Notes: a model not told the origin generated them from the sequence alone. A stretch of DNA of 45,699 bases from an uncultured bacterium (GCA_903929735.1 CAIYVW010000037.1:1-45699), one strand, 5' to 3'; counted from the stretch's first letter, positions 1 through 9,582 are shown. A program made the numbers and translations.

Positions 1-20
1 AATAAAATTATTTAAAATAA

Positions 21-722
21 TTAACCATTTAAATAGTTACTATTAATAGCATTAATAAATTGATTTTGAATATTACCATCTCCTGATGGATAAAACTTAT
101 TATTAACATTAGTTAAATCATTTGATGGCAAGTGGAAAATATCTTTATTAGATTCATCATTATTTTTATCATTACCATCTTTCCAAATAATTCCTGTATT
201 ATTTTTACATCTACATAAATGATTATTAATTTTACCTCCATTAGAGGATTTATAAATACTTCTATCTTTGTCTGATTGAGGACAGTTAAATTCTCCATTA
301 TACATAGCATAATGTTTACTTTCTAATACTTCATATAAATCAATATTTATATCGTGATACGAACTATAAAGATTACAACTATTTTCATCTTTTTTACTTC
401 CAGACTGACTTGTAATTAATATAAAACATTTATTTAATTTTTCATTAAAGTGACTTACATAAGTATCACTTTGTTTATAATTACTATTTTTAAACCAATT
501 TTGTGATTGAGTTGAACATTTTGCTTGTAAATCAGCCTTTAGACTTGTTTTATTTCCAAAAAATGAACTAGTGTTGTTTGAAATTAAATTTGTACCTAGT
601 AAAGATTTAATAGATTTATTATTTGATTTTATAAAAAAAATAACAATTATTAAAATGACAACAATAACACACGAAGCTATGAGCACATATTTTGTTTTAT
701 TCTCTTTTTTGTTGTTTTCCAT
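21..722 (-). CDS. Hypothetical protein with a single N-terminal TM anchor (surface-exposed, Asn/Ser-rich, several Cys)
   Basis: 233-aa ORF; basic N-terminus followed by hydrophobic YVLIASCVIVVILIIVIFFI; no recognisable family. Confidence 0.7.
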   Translation of the reverse strand: MENNKKENKTKYVLIASCVIVVILIIVIFFIKSNNKSIKSLLGTNLISNNTSSFFGNKTSLKADLQAKCSTQSQNWFKNSNYKQSDTYVSHFNEKLNKCFILITSQSGSKKDENSCNLYSSYHDINIDLYEVLESKHYAMYNGEFNCPQSDKDRSIYKSSNGGKINNHLCRCKNNTGIIWKDGNDKNNDESNKDIFHLPSNDLTNVNNKFYPSGDGNIQNQFINAINSNYLNG

Positions 723-764
723 AGTGTTTATATTATATCGCAGATACAGAAAAATTAATAGAGT

Positions 765-866
765 TCAACATTGTATAAATAGCAGAACCGATAAGAATAA
801 CACAAAAACAAAGAGTGTAACAAATAGCATTAGATACCCTACTTGATTATGTTTGTATGAAATTAT
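765..866 (-). pseudogene. Possible truncated remnant of a small membrane-protein gene
   Basis: Reads (I)ISYKHNQVGYLMLFVTLFVFVLFLSVLLFIQC* with no ATG start. Resemblance to a YKHxQxGY-type membrane-protein N-terminus is from memory and unverified. Confidence 0.25.
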
Positions 867-922
867 AATTATATTAAAACAGATTTTAAAAGTTGTTACT
901 TATACTTTATATATATTGAAAC

Positions 923-1360
923 TTATTTAAGCAATAACTGAGCTCGTAAAATCACTTTTCTAAAATCAAAATTTTGTTTATATCTTAATAAAAAATCATC
1001 AATTTCAATTATCTCTCTATTAAAAACATCATCACTTGTTGTAAATTTCCCTAGCTTAAAATTACTAGTTATATAAATAAGCATAACTTTCTCTTCATAT
1101 TCTTCTTTATCTGACCCTAAAATGGCAAGTAATTTCGGGTTTGAAAAACTAGCACCAGCTTCTTCTTCTACTTCTCGTATTAATGCTTCTTCTGGTGTTT
1201 CCCCTTCTTCAACATGACCTCCTGGAATATCCCAACCACGTTCATTCTCTGTAACTAAAATTTTTGAACCATTTAATGCAATCAAAAAAACTGCACTAAT
1301 TAATTCATTTTTAGGAAGAACAGTACTTTCATTAATATATCTAGTTGAAAATTTTGCCAT
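923..1360 (-). CDS. NUDIX hydrolase
   Basis: Nudix box GGHVEEGETPEEALIREVEEEAG. Confidence 0.9.
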   Translation of the reverse strand: MAKFSTRYINESTVLPKNELISAVFLIALNGSKILVTENERGWDIPGGHVEEGETPEEALIREVEEEAGASFSNPKLLAILGSDKEEYEEKVMLIYITSNFKLGKFTTSDDVFNREIIEIDDFLLRYKQNFDFRKVILRAQLLLK

Positions 1361-1425
1361 AATTTAAATTATTGACTGTCTGGGTCAACGTGGGAACATT
1401 TTTAACACAAAATAAGGGTTGAATA

Positions 1426-1878
1426 CTATTTATTTTTTTCTAAAATCTTTTTAAGTTGATCAATAACTGCTTTTTCCCAGACCTTCATTGAATACCACTT
1501 AATAAGTGGCGTTGCAACTATCCGTAGCCACGCCTTATGAATTGTAACCTTATAAATGTAGTCAATTAAAGTTCCTTCTCTATGTACAGAAAGCAGCAAC
1601 TCCTCATGTCCAGAAGTCCCAAACTGATAACTATCATTGTCTGAAATGAAACCTTTTCCAGGTAGAATTTGAGTTTTCATCTTTACCTTAAAACTTCTTC
1701 CAAATGATTTTACTGTCGCTTCCATCTCTAAATTATTTCTATCCCGTTTATTAATCTGTACCGATTCTGCAACCTTTGGAAAATACTCTGGTAATTTTTC
1801 GAAGTCGGTCATTATTCTAGATACATCTTCAATTGGAGCTTTAATAACCCATTGTTTATGAAGTGTAATTTCTTTCAT
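1426..1878 (-). CDS. SRPBCC (START/polyketide cyclase-like) family protein
   Basis: N-terminal IKAPIEDVSRIMTDFEKLPEYFP pattern, C-terminal amphipathic helix (LKKILE), 150 aa. Confidence 0.75.
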   Translation of the reverse strand: MKEITLHKQWVIKAPIEDVSRIMTDFEKLPEYFPKVAESVQINKRDRNNLEMEATVKSFGRSFKVKMKTQILPGKGFISDNDSYQFGTSGHEELLLSVHREGTLIDYIYKVTIHKAWLRIVATPLIKWYSMKVWEKAVIDQLKKILEKNK

Positions 1879-1912
1879 AAATATATTATAGCAAAATTTT
1901 AATTAAAAACCC

Positions 1913-2080
1913 TTGCTGCCAGATCTGGACCGTGAGTACACTTCTCTCCTTCGACTAAAACTTTTTCGTCAAAAAGTTTTGTCTAGGCACCAGCTCATCC
2001 ATTTTCTCTGGTGAGAAAATATGATTCCGCTGTTCTCGTCCAGGGCGAAAGCAAAGAAGTTTGCTTTCTTCTGGCAGCAA
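1913..2080 (-). repeat. Structured ~170-nt element with terminal inverted repeats, partly duplicating the tRNA-Gln ends
   Basis: TTGCTGCCAGA (1913-1923) / TCTGGCAGCAA (2070-2080) IR; internal hairpins; 1915-1930 matches tRNA 2117-2132 at 15/16. Confidence 0.65.
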
Positions 2081-2083
2081 TTT

Positions 2084-2111
2084 AAAAAACCTTATTTGCA
2101 TAAGGTTTTTT
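2084..2111 (-). terminator. Intrinsic terminator downstream of tRNA-Gln
   Basis: AAAAAACCTTAT-TTGC-ATAAGGTTTTTT perfect IR. Confidence 0.75.
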
Positions 2112-2114
2112 AAA

Positions 2115-2188
2115 TGGCTGCCAGACCTGGACTCGAACCAAGATAACCTCCTCCAGAGGGAGGTGTCCTACCATTAGACGATCTGGCA
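2115..2188 (-). tRNA. tRNA-Gln(CTG)
   Basis: TGCCAGA/TCTGGCA acceptor, CCTCC-CTCTGGA-GGAGG anticodon arm, TTCGAGT T-loop, encoded CCA. Confidence 0.95.
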
Positions 2189-2274
2189 ATATCTAAGAAC
2201 ATCCATATCTTAACACAAAATATTAAAAAATACAGTTTGGAAACATCGAATTTTTAAGGTAGAATAATACCTAT

Positions 2275-3000
2275 ATGAATACAGAAATAAAATATGAGCC
2301 TAGGCACATAACAACAGATGATATTAAAAATGGTTGTATGACCCTTACAGGTGGAGATGGAGAAGAGACAAAGCTTTGCATGATACAAGAAGAATTTCGT
2401 GATGGGATAGATACAGTCAAAGAGATAGGACCATCTGTCACTTTTTATGGATCAGCTAGACTTAAGCCAGATCATCCTGAATATATTAAAGCTTATAATC
2501 TTTCAAATAGAATCGCTAAAGAATTAGGCTATGCGATCATATCAGGCGGAGGAGCAGGAATCATGGAGGCAGCAAATAAGGGAGCATTTGATGCTGGGGT
2601 GTTATCTGTGGGATTAACAATCAGATTACCTCATGAACAAGCAACAAACCCTTATGTAACAAAAGAAGTCCCCTTTCATTTTTTCTTTGCTAGGCAAGTA
2701 TCAATGTCATATATTACAGAAGCTTGTATCTTTTGTGCAGGAGGAACAGGTACTCTATATGAATTCTTTGAAATGCTTACACATTTACAAACTGGTAAAA
2801 TAGGACCTATTCCCGTAATCTTATATGGAACAGAATTCTGGACCCCAATAAAAAAGATATTAGAAGAACAATTTGTAGAAAAATATAAAACTATATCTGC
2901 ATCTGACTTAGAAAGATTCATAGTCACTGATGATGTAGATCAAATTCTTGAAGTCATAAGAATTAGTAAAATAAGAAATGGTGATGATGAATTGAATTAA
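2275..3000 (+). CDS. LOG family (TIGR00730-type) nucleotide phosphoribohydrolase
   Basis: VTFYGSAR, SGGGAGIMEAANKGA and AGGTGTLYE (variant of PGGxGTxxE). Confidence 0.9.
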   Translation: MNTEIKYEPRHITTDDIKNGCMTLTGGDGEETKLCMIQEEFRDGIDTVKEIGPSVTFYGSARLKPDHPEYIKAYNLSNRIAKELGYAIISGGGAGIMEAANKGAFDAGVLSVGLTIRLPHEQATNPYVTKEVPFHFFFARQVSMSYITEACIFCAGGTGTLYEFFEMLTHLQTGKIGPIPVILYGTEFWTPIKKILEEQFVEKYKTISASDLERFIVTDDVDQILEVIRISKIRNGDDELN

Positions 3001-3037
3001 TTACTAATTACTGATTAATAATTCAAATAAGAAATAC

Positions 3038-3068
3038 TAAAATGCGTGGGCAAAGCCCATGCATTTTA
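3038..3068. terminator. Bidirectional terminator between convergent LOG and pyrG
   Basis: TAAAATGCGTGGG-CAAAG-CCCATGCATTTTA hairpin. Confidence 0.65.
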
Positions 3069-3084
3069 TATTAGTAATTAGTAA

Positions 3085-4764
3085 TTATTTTTTCTTCTGA
3101 CATGCTTTTATAAAAGCTGTAAACAGTGGATGAGGAGCAAGTGGTCTAGCTTTGAATTCTGGATGGAATTGAGTACCCAAGAAGAATGGATGCTTACTTT
3201 CTGGTAATTCTGCTATTTCACAAAGTTTACCATCAGGAGAAAGTCCAGAGAATACAAGTCCTGCTTCTTCTAATGCCTCTCTGTATTCATTATTTACTTC
3301 GTAACGGTGTCTATGTCTTTCTGAGATAGATAAAGACTTATAAGCCTTACCTGCTATACTACCTTTCTTTAAAACAGCTTGATAAGCACCCAAGCGCATA
3401 CTGCCTCCCATTTTCTTTTTCTCTATTTTATCTTTTTGATCTTCCATGACATCAATAACTATATCTTTAGCATTAGGATTTACTTCTCTTGTATTTGCAT
3501 CTTTAAGCTTCAAAACATTTCGAGCGTATTCTATTACAAGAAGTTGCATACCATAACACAAACCAAAGTAAGGAATATTATTCTTTCTAGCATATTCAAT
3601 AGTTTTTAGAATCCCTTCTATACCTCTAGACCCGAAACCCCCAGGAACAATAATTCCATCATATTTAGAAAGTTCCTTTAGTTTATTTGGATCTTTTTCA
3701 AAATCCATAGATGAAATCCAAGTAAGAGTTGGCTTACTCCCACAAGCATATCCAGAATATTTTATAGCTTCAATAACTGAAAGATAAGAATCTGAAAGAG
3801 TGAAATCTCCCGTATTAAAATACTTACCAACTATAGCAATCTTCACTTCATTATTTTTCACATGAGTAGAATGAGCAAACTTTTTCCATTTTAAAGATCC
3901 TTCATTTACAGCTGGACCACAAGTCATACCAACAGTATCACAAATCATATCTCCTAGACCTTCTTTCTCAAAATTTATAGGAATATCATAAATACTATCT
4001 ACATCAGGAGCGGAAATAACATGATCGATAGGAACATTACAGAACATAGAAAGCTTTTCTTTTCTCTTTTCATCTAGAGGCATCTTACTACGAGCAATTA
4101 TAATATCTGGTTGAATTCCTGATGCATTTAAAGTCCTAACTGCATGTTGAGTGGGCTTTGTCTTCATCTCTCCAATATTTCCAGGTACTGGCAAATAAGA
4201 AACCATTACAAAGAAAACACTATTTGATTTTCGAAGTTTCATTATACGAGCAGCTTCCAAGAAAAGAATATTCTCATATTCACCAACAGTTCCTCCTATT
4301 TCTATTAATACAACATCAGCATTAGCATTATCACGAGCTTTCTCGATACGACGAATAACTTCAAGAGGTATATGAGGAACTACTTGTACACAAGCTCCAT
4401 TATATTCTAGATTTCTTTCACGCTCTATGACACTTTGATATACACGTCCTGTTGTCATGTAGTTTGCACGAGATAAATCTACACCCAAGAAACGTTCATA
4501 GTTACCCATGTCCTGATCAGTTTCATCTCCATCATCAAGAACAAAAACTTCCCCATGCTCTGTTGGGTTCATAGTACCTGCATCTATATTTATATATGGA
4601 TCAATCTTAATAGCTGTCACACGCTGACCTCTATCAGAAAGAATACGAGCAATAGAAGAAGCGGTAACTCCCTTACCTACACCTGAAATAACACCACCAA
4701 CTACAAAAATATATTTACAGTTAGAAGTTTTATTCTCTAGCTTCTTTTTAGATAATTCTTTCAT
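3085..4764 (-). CDS. pyrG: CTP synthase
   Basis: GGVISGVGKG, KIDPYIN, KTKPTQH, GLCYGMQ, ERHRHRYEVN, QFHPEF. Confidence 0.98.
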   Translation of the reverse strand: MKELSKKKLENKTSNCKYIFVVGGVISGVGKGVTASSIARILSDRGQRVTAIKIDPYINIDAGTMNPTEHGEVFVLDDGDETDQDMGNYERFLGVDLSRANYMTTGRVYQSVIERERNLEYNGACVQVVPHIPLEVIRRIEKARDNANADVVLIEIGGTVGEYENILFLEAARIMKLRKSNSVFFVMVSYLPVPGNIGEMKTKPTQHAVRTLNASGIQPDIIIARSKMPLDEKRKEKLSMFCNVPIDHVISAPDVDSIYDIPINFEKEGLGDMICDTVGMTCGPAVNEGSLKWKKFAHSTHVKNNEVKIAIVGKYFNTGDFTLSDSYLSVIEAIKYSGYACGSKPTLTWISSMDFEKDPNKLKELSKYDGIIVPGGFGSRGIEGILKTIEYARKNNIPYFGLCYGMQLLVIEYARNVLKLKDANTREVNPNAKDIVIDVMEDQKDKIEKKKMGGSMRLGAYQAVLKKGSIAGKAYKSLSISERHRHRYEVNNEYREALEEAGLVFSGLSPDGKLCEIAELPESKHPFFLGTQFHPEFKARPLAPHPLFTAFIKACQKKK

Positions 4765-4767
4765 ATT

Positions 4768-5688
4768 TTATTTTCTTAAATATCTACTTATAGCAAAAAA
4801 GCTAGAAATACTACCAAGTAAAATACCAGACCCTAGCATTATAACGAATAACTGCAAGAAGTTTGATTTATAATAATTATATAAATTAATACCCAAGAAG
4901 TCAGTCATATTATTACCCATCCAAATAGATATAGGGATGAAAAGTAGTATAGTCATGAAAGCTGCACAAACACCGACTAAAACACCAGAGACTATAAACG
5001 GACCTCTGACATACTTAGGACCTGCACCTACAAGCTTCATAACACTAATCTCATCTTTGGACATAAAGATAATAAGACGAATAGTATTAAAAGTTATTAT
5101 TATTGAAATAATTATAAGGACCAAAGATACAGCAAATCCTAGACTTCTTGCTCCAGTTATAATAGAAGTAAGTCTATCTATGACTAGCTTATTCTGATGG
5201 TAGTCTACTTTATCTATGATAGTTAAAGCTCCTTTCGATAGATCATTATCACTTTCGAAATACTTAGCTATACTTTCATATTGAGATGGGTCGTTTGCTT
5301 TTATATTAAGTGAGGCACCTAGTGGATTATCGCTAAGTTCATCTAGAGCTTGTAGTGTTAGATAGTCATTGGAATGTTTATCTTTGAAATTAGTTAAAGC
5401 CTCTTCTGCTGTTGTATAAGATATGTTTTTGACTTCTGGTAATTTAGAAAGAGAATCTTCAACTTTTTTAATAGCGGAATCTTCAGCTCCAGGAACAAAG
5501 TAAATTGTAACATCTACTTTTTCTTTCATATCACTCAAAGAAGAATTTAATGCCGCTTGAACGAAAATAAGAGATGTTATCACAAAAAGAGTAACGGTCA
5601 TAATAAGAATACTAGCGACAGAAGTAAAACCACTTCGTACAAAGTTATGCCAACCTGATCTTATTATTCTTTTGGTGTGAATCAACAT
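4768..5688 (-). CDS. ftsX: Cell division ABC permease FtsX
   Basis: TM1, extracellular loop with NPLGASLNI, NTIRL and EISVMKLVGA; adjacent to ftsE. Confidence 0.93.
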   Translation of the reverse strand: MLIHTKRIIRSGWHNFVRSGFTSVASILIMTVTLFVITSLIFVQAALNSSLSDMKEKVDVTIYFVPGAEDSAIKKVEDSLSKLPEVKNISYTTAEEALTNFKDKHSNDYLTLQALDELSDNPLGASLNIKANDPSQYESIAKYFESDNDLSKGALTIIDKVDYHQNKLVIDRLTSIITGARSLGFAVSLVLIIISIIITFNTIRLIIFMSKDEISVMKLVGAGPKYVRGPFIVSGVLVGVCAAFMTILLFIPISIWMGNNMTDFLGINLYNYYKSNFLQLFVIMLGSGILLGSISSFFAISRYLRK

Positions 5689-5694
5689 ATACGA

Positions 5695-6375
5695 TTATTG
5701 TAACATATATTTACCTTCTTTATTATCCCTAATGACACGGCCATTTTCTAATGTTATAACTCTCTTCTTTATCTGATCTACAATACTTTTATTGTGAGTT
5801 GTTAGAATAACAGTAGTGCCTAAATCATTTATTTTCTTAAGAATATTTATAACTTCATTTGCATTAGATGGATCTAAGTTACCTGTTGGTTCATCAGCAA
5901 TTATTAGATCTGGCTGAGTTATAATAGCTCGAGCAATTGCTAAACGCTGCTTCTCTCCTCCTGAAAGTTGATGTGGAAAATGAAAAGATCTATTGGTCAT
6001 ATCCACCAGTTCTAGAACATGAGGAACATCTTCCTGTATCTCTTCATCTGTTTTACCTGTTGACTCCATAGCAAAAGCTATATTCTCATAAGCTGTTTTA
6101 TTGGAAAGAAGTCGAAAATCTTGAAAAACAATACCTACCTTACGACGAAAATTCATAAGATCTCTCTTAGATAATTTATGTATATCAGTTGACTCGAAGA
6201 ACACAGTCCCTGAAGTTGGAGACTCTTCAGCTAAGATTAGCTTAGTTAAAGTTGTCTTACCAGCACCTGAATGACCTACTATAGAGACAAATTCTCCAGG
6301 GGCGATTGATATAGTGACATCTTCTAGAGAAGAATTATCTTTATATTTTTTTGTTACATTATTGAAGTAAAGCAT
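5695..6375 (-). CDS. ftsE: Cell division ATP-binding protein FtsE (probable start ATG 6375; ORF extends to 6423)
   Basis: GHSGAGKT, VFQDFRLL, LSGGEKQR, ADEPTGNLD. Confidence 0.95.
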   Translation of the reverse strand: MLYFNNVTKKYKDNSSLEDVTISIAPGEFVSIVGHSGAGKTTLTKLILAEESPTSGTVFFESTDIHKLSKRDLMNFRRKVGIVFQDFRLLSNKTAYENIAFAMESTGKTDEEIQEDVPHVLELVDMTNRSFHFPHQLSGGEKQRLAIARAIITQPDLIIADEPTGNLDPSNANEVINILKKINDLGTTVILTTHNKSIVDQIKKRVITLENGRVIRDNKEGKYMLQ

Positions 6376-6391
6376 TATTGTTTTAATTTTA

Positions 6392-7279
6392 TCACATTGT
6401 TGACTCTGCAACAATAAATTCATCTATCATGCCACTTTCAAGCACGGCGTCAACATCTCGAACTTCTACATTCGTCCTATGATCTTTTACCATCTTGTAA
6501 GGATGAAGCACATATGAACGAATTTGACTTCCCCATTCTATCTCTGTCGATTTGGTTGGAGAAAGTCCTGCTTTTTCTTTTATTTTGTCAACTTCCCTTT
6601 TTTTATAAAGTTTACCTTTTATCATTTCTATTGCTTTTTCACGGTTCTGTTCTTGAGATCGTTCAGTGGTAACATGAACAGATATATTTGTAGGCAAATG
6701 AATTATTCTAACTGCTGTTTCGCGTTTGTTTACATTCTGACCTCCTGGACCTCCTGCCTTAGAAAATTCAATCTTTAAATCTTCAGGGCGAATTTCTACA
6801 ACAGAATCGTCTTTCTGTAATTTAGGAACTATCTCTACAAGAGAGAATGAAGTATGCCTCAAGGACTTGGCATTAAAAGGAGAAATTCTAACCAAACGAT
6901 GAACACCTGATTCATTCTTTAAAGTCCCATAAGCTCCCTTACCAACAACTTCAAGAGAAATATTCCTATATCCGCCAACATCATTCTTATTCTCATGAAG
7001 CAATACTACTTGCCACCCTATCCTTTCGATGTATTTTAAATACATATGCAAAAGCATAGATGAAAAATCTTCCGCATCATCCCCTCCCGCACCAGAAAGG
7101 ATGGAAAGTATTGCATTACTTTTATCATATTTCTGACTTCCCATAAGTTCATCTTTAAGTTCACTAATTTTTTTTATTACAGACTGAGCTTTAATTTTAT
7201 CAATCCAAAAGTCAGACTTCAGCATATCATTTTCTAATATCTCTATCTTTTTTTTTATATCATCTTTTTCCTGTGCCAT
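6392..7279 (-). CDS. prfB: Peptide chain release factor 2, short form (probable start ATG 7279; ORF extends to 7306)
   Basis: GVHRLVRISPF (SPF specificity motif), GGQNVNK, WGSQIRSY. Confidence 0.92.
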   Translation of the reverse strand: MAQEKDDIKKKIEILENDMLKSDFWIDKIKAQSVIKKISELKDELMGSQKYDKSNAILSILSGAGGDDAEDFSSMLLHMYLKYIERIGWQVVLLHENKNDVGGYRNISLEVVGKGAYGTLKNESGVHRLVRISPFNAKSLRHTSFSLVEIVPKLQKDDSVVEIRPEDLKIEFSKAGGPGGQNVNKRETAVRIIHLPTNISVHVTTERSQEQNREKAIEMIKGKLYKKREVDKIKEKAGLSPTKSTEIEWGSQIRSYVLHPYKMVKDHRTNVEVRDVDAVLESGMIDEFIVAESTM

Positions 7280-7305
7280 TTGTCTATCATACCAGAAAAA
7301 ACACA

Positions 7306-7342
7306 TAGAGGTCCAACCTCTAAATCAGAGGTTCAACCTCTG
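7306..7342. repeat. Tandem short palindromes AGAGGT-yCA-ACCTCT (REP-like)
   Basis: TAGAGGTCCAACCTCTA (7306-7322) and CAGAGGTTCAACCTCTG (7326-7342). Confidence 0.5.
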
Positions 7343-8365
7343 TTCTGATTTGAAATACTTTTTAGGTAAAATTGAAAAATAATCATCTATATAAGGATGC
7401 ATCATATCACAAGCAACAAAAGCAATAACTACTTCTTTATTTTTATTACGATATTTATTCAAAGTCTTATTTTTTTTCATTTCTTTTATCATTTTTTCTA
7501 TCATAGCTAGTTGCATACCTGTTGAAGGACCAACAAAAAGTCCAAGTCGTATAAGAGCCAAGCTTCTTTCATAAGCTGAAACTGCATCAATAGGAATAAC
7601 TTGGTCTACTATGTCATACCAAGGAATACCAAGCTTAAGTATTGCCTCATCAACACGAGGACCTGGAATAGAAGAACCTTTCTTTATGGAAGATCCAGCT
7701 ATATATATGTCTTTATTTTTAGATTTAAGATAAGAACCTGCTCCATAAATAGTACCAGCTGTACCAATAGTCGAAGCAAAAATAGTAAGATCACCTCCCA
7801 GTTGTGACCAAAGTTCTTTAGCCACATATTCTTCACCAGCACTTGTATTACCAGGATTAATATATTGATTAAGATTATGCCACCCTTTCTTTTTACCTAA
7901 TTGCTTGGCTTCATAGACACCTCCTATTTTACTATGAACATCAGGGCTTCTTGGTCCATGAGAAATCATTAAATCTGCACCAACTAATTTAAGTAATCTT
8001 TTTTTGTGTTCTGGTACATCAGGAGTGATAATCGCATGTAAATTTGGTATTCCAAAATGTCTAGATAAAATAGCCAAAGATAAAACTGTATTACCAGATG
8101 AATACTCAACTAAATGCTTTGTTGAACTTAATGTTTCTTTATCCATCTGTGAAAGCATCTGCCATGACGGCATAGACTTTATATTCCCTAATGGAACAAA
8201 TTGCATAAGTTTTACAAAAATTCTCACTCCATCTTTACTGAACTTATTTACAGAATCAGGCAACTCTACAACAGGCGTCATACCAAGTGAACCTGGAGTA
8301 AGAAAATCAGTTATTGCTTTTTTGCCTTCAAAAACTTTTGAGTTATTGTTTATATTTTTCTTCAT
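7325..8365 (-). CDS. PLP-dependent cysteine synthase family protein
   Basis: TPVVEL, PLP lysine in GNIKS, EYSSGNT, NQY-NP-N, GTAGT, GPSTG. Confidence 0.85.
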   Translation of the reverse strand: MKKNINNNSKVFEGKKAITDFLTPGSLGMTPVVELPDSVNKFSKDGVRIFVKLMQFVPLGNIKSMPSWQMLSQMDKETLSSTKHLVEYSSGNTVLSLAILSRHFGIPNLHAIITPDVPEHKKRLLKLVGADLMISHGPRSPDVHSKIGGVYEAKQLGKKKGWHNLNQYINPGNTSAGEEYVAKELWSQLGGDLTIFASTIGTAGTIYGAGSYLKSKNKDIYIAGSSIKKGSSIPGPRVDEAILKLGIPWYDIVDQVIPIDAVSAYERSLALIRLGLFVGPSTGMQLAMIEKMIKEMKKNKTLNKYRNKNKEVVIAFVACDMMHPYIDDYFSILPKKYFKSEQRLNL

Positions 8366-8404
8366 AAAAAAATTAATTTTATATTTTCTATATTACACCG
8401 TCAG

Positions 8405-8477
8405 AGCCAAAGGCCAGGATCGAACTGGCGACCTACGGTTTACGATACCATCGCTCTACCAACTGAGCTACTTCGGC
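8405..8477 (-). tRNA. tRNA-Thr(CGT)
   Basis: GCCGAAG/CTTTGGC acceptor, AGCTCAGTTGGTAGAGC D-arm, loop ATCGTAA, TTCGATC T-loop; CCA not encoded. Confidence 0.9.
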
Positions 8478-8580
8478 TCTCGCGGGGCAAACTAAAAAAT
8501 ATTAATAAAAACAATCCATATAATAATTTTTACTACAATATAATAACACTATTTGTTCATTTTGACATAATACCCCTAAA

Positions 8581-9069
8581 ATGGTAAATTTTGAGAAAAT
8601 AAATTCTAAAATTATGAAGTTAGAAAATTTCTTATTGAGTTTCAGAAACTCAATAGGTTCCCAGATCTTTAGGAGTTACCTAGACAAGAATGGTAACGAT
8701 GTTCTCAAAGACGGAGATTTGTCTTGTGCTTATTATATATCTTCTATGCTATTACTGCATGGTTTAATAGACAAACCACATTTCACCGTTCAAGGAACAT
8801 TAAAAGCAATGAAGGAAGCTGGCTGGCAAAACATAAAAACTCCTAAGATTGGATCAATTGTTGTCTGGGGTTCTGTTCATCAGAATGGAGCTGACCATAA
8901 ACATTTAGGTCTTTATATAGGAGAACAGCAAGCAATATCAAACCGTAGTTCTCTTGGTATGCCAGGAGAACACCCACTACATTATTCTGGCTTAGATAAA
9001 GACGGAATGAAGAAAAAAGCACCAGTTTTGGAAGTGTATTGGCATTCTGCTTTAGGTAAAGTAGAATAG
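8581..9069 (+). CDS. Putative papain-like Cys/His hydrolase (NlpC/P60 or CHAP-like)
   Basis: DGDLSCAYYISSML Cys motif, GSIVVW and HKHLGLYIG His motif. Confidence 0.55.
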   Translation: MVNFEKINSKIMKLENFLLSFRNSIGSQIFRSYLDKNGNDVLKDGDLSCAYYISSMLLLHGLIDKPHFTVQGTLKAMKEAGWQNIKTPKIGSIVVWGSVHQNGADHKHLGLYIGEQQAISNRSSLGMPGEHPLHYSGLDKDGMKKKAPVLEVYWHSALGKVE

Positions 9070-9075
9070 TTATAT

Positions 9076-9582
9076 ATGGAAACCATTATCTATGCAAATT
9101 ATGAAAAGAGATTACTGTCTATTGATAGTGTCTCTTTTTTTTGTGTTTTTGGAAGAGATGGAACTACTGAAAATAAAATAGAAGGAGATTGGAAAACTCC
9201 AACTGGAAACTTCCCTATTAGAAAAGTATATTACAGAAAAGATCGCCTAGGAGAATTAGTTGGAGATATAGAATACATACCACTATCACCAATAGATGCT
9301 TGGTGTGATGATATAAATAAAAAAGAATATAATACTTTTGTAAATTTACCTTTTGATGGAAATTATGAAAATTTATGGAGAGATGATGAAATGTATGACA
9401 TTATAATCATACTAGGATACAACGACGACCCAATAATACAAAATAAAGGTAGTGCAATATTTATACATGTAACAAAAGAGAATATGGAGTATACGAAGGG
9501 ATGTCTTGCTTTAAGAAAAGAAGATATATATTTCCTGTTAAATAAAATAAATTCAAAAACAAGAATAGAAATTTCTTTATAA
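9076..9582 (+). CDS. L,D-transpeptidase (YkuD) family protein
   Basis: EGDWKTPTG, WCDD and GSAIFIH...TKGC catalytic motif. Confidence 0.88.
   Translation: METIIYANYEKRLLSIDSVSFFCVFGRDGTTENKIEGDWKTPTGNFPIRKVYYRKDRLGELVGDIEYIPLSPIDAWCDDINKKEYNTFVNLPFDGNYENLWRDDEMYDIIIILGYNDDPIIQNKGSAIFIHVTKENMEYTKGCLALRKEDIYFLLNKINSKTRIEISL

Noticed and set aside
571-846. 91-aa plus-strand ORF and other short antisense ORFs inside housekeeping genes
   Set aside because: They overlap better-supported genes on the opposite strand and have no motifs
7280-7325. prfB programmed +1 frameshift
   Set aside because: No CTT-TGA site or internal SD, and no room for an upstream exon
8004-8495. 163-aa plus-strand ORF, and ORFs 9461-9676 and 9802-10005
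   Set aside because: Antisense to real genes and/or running through tRNA genes
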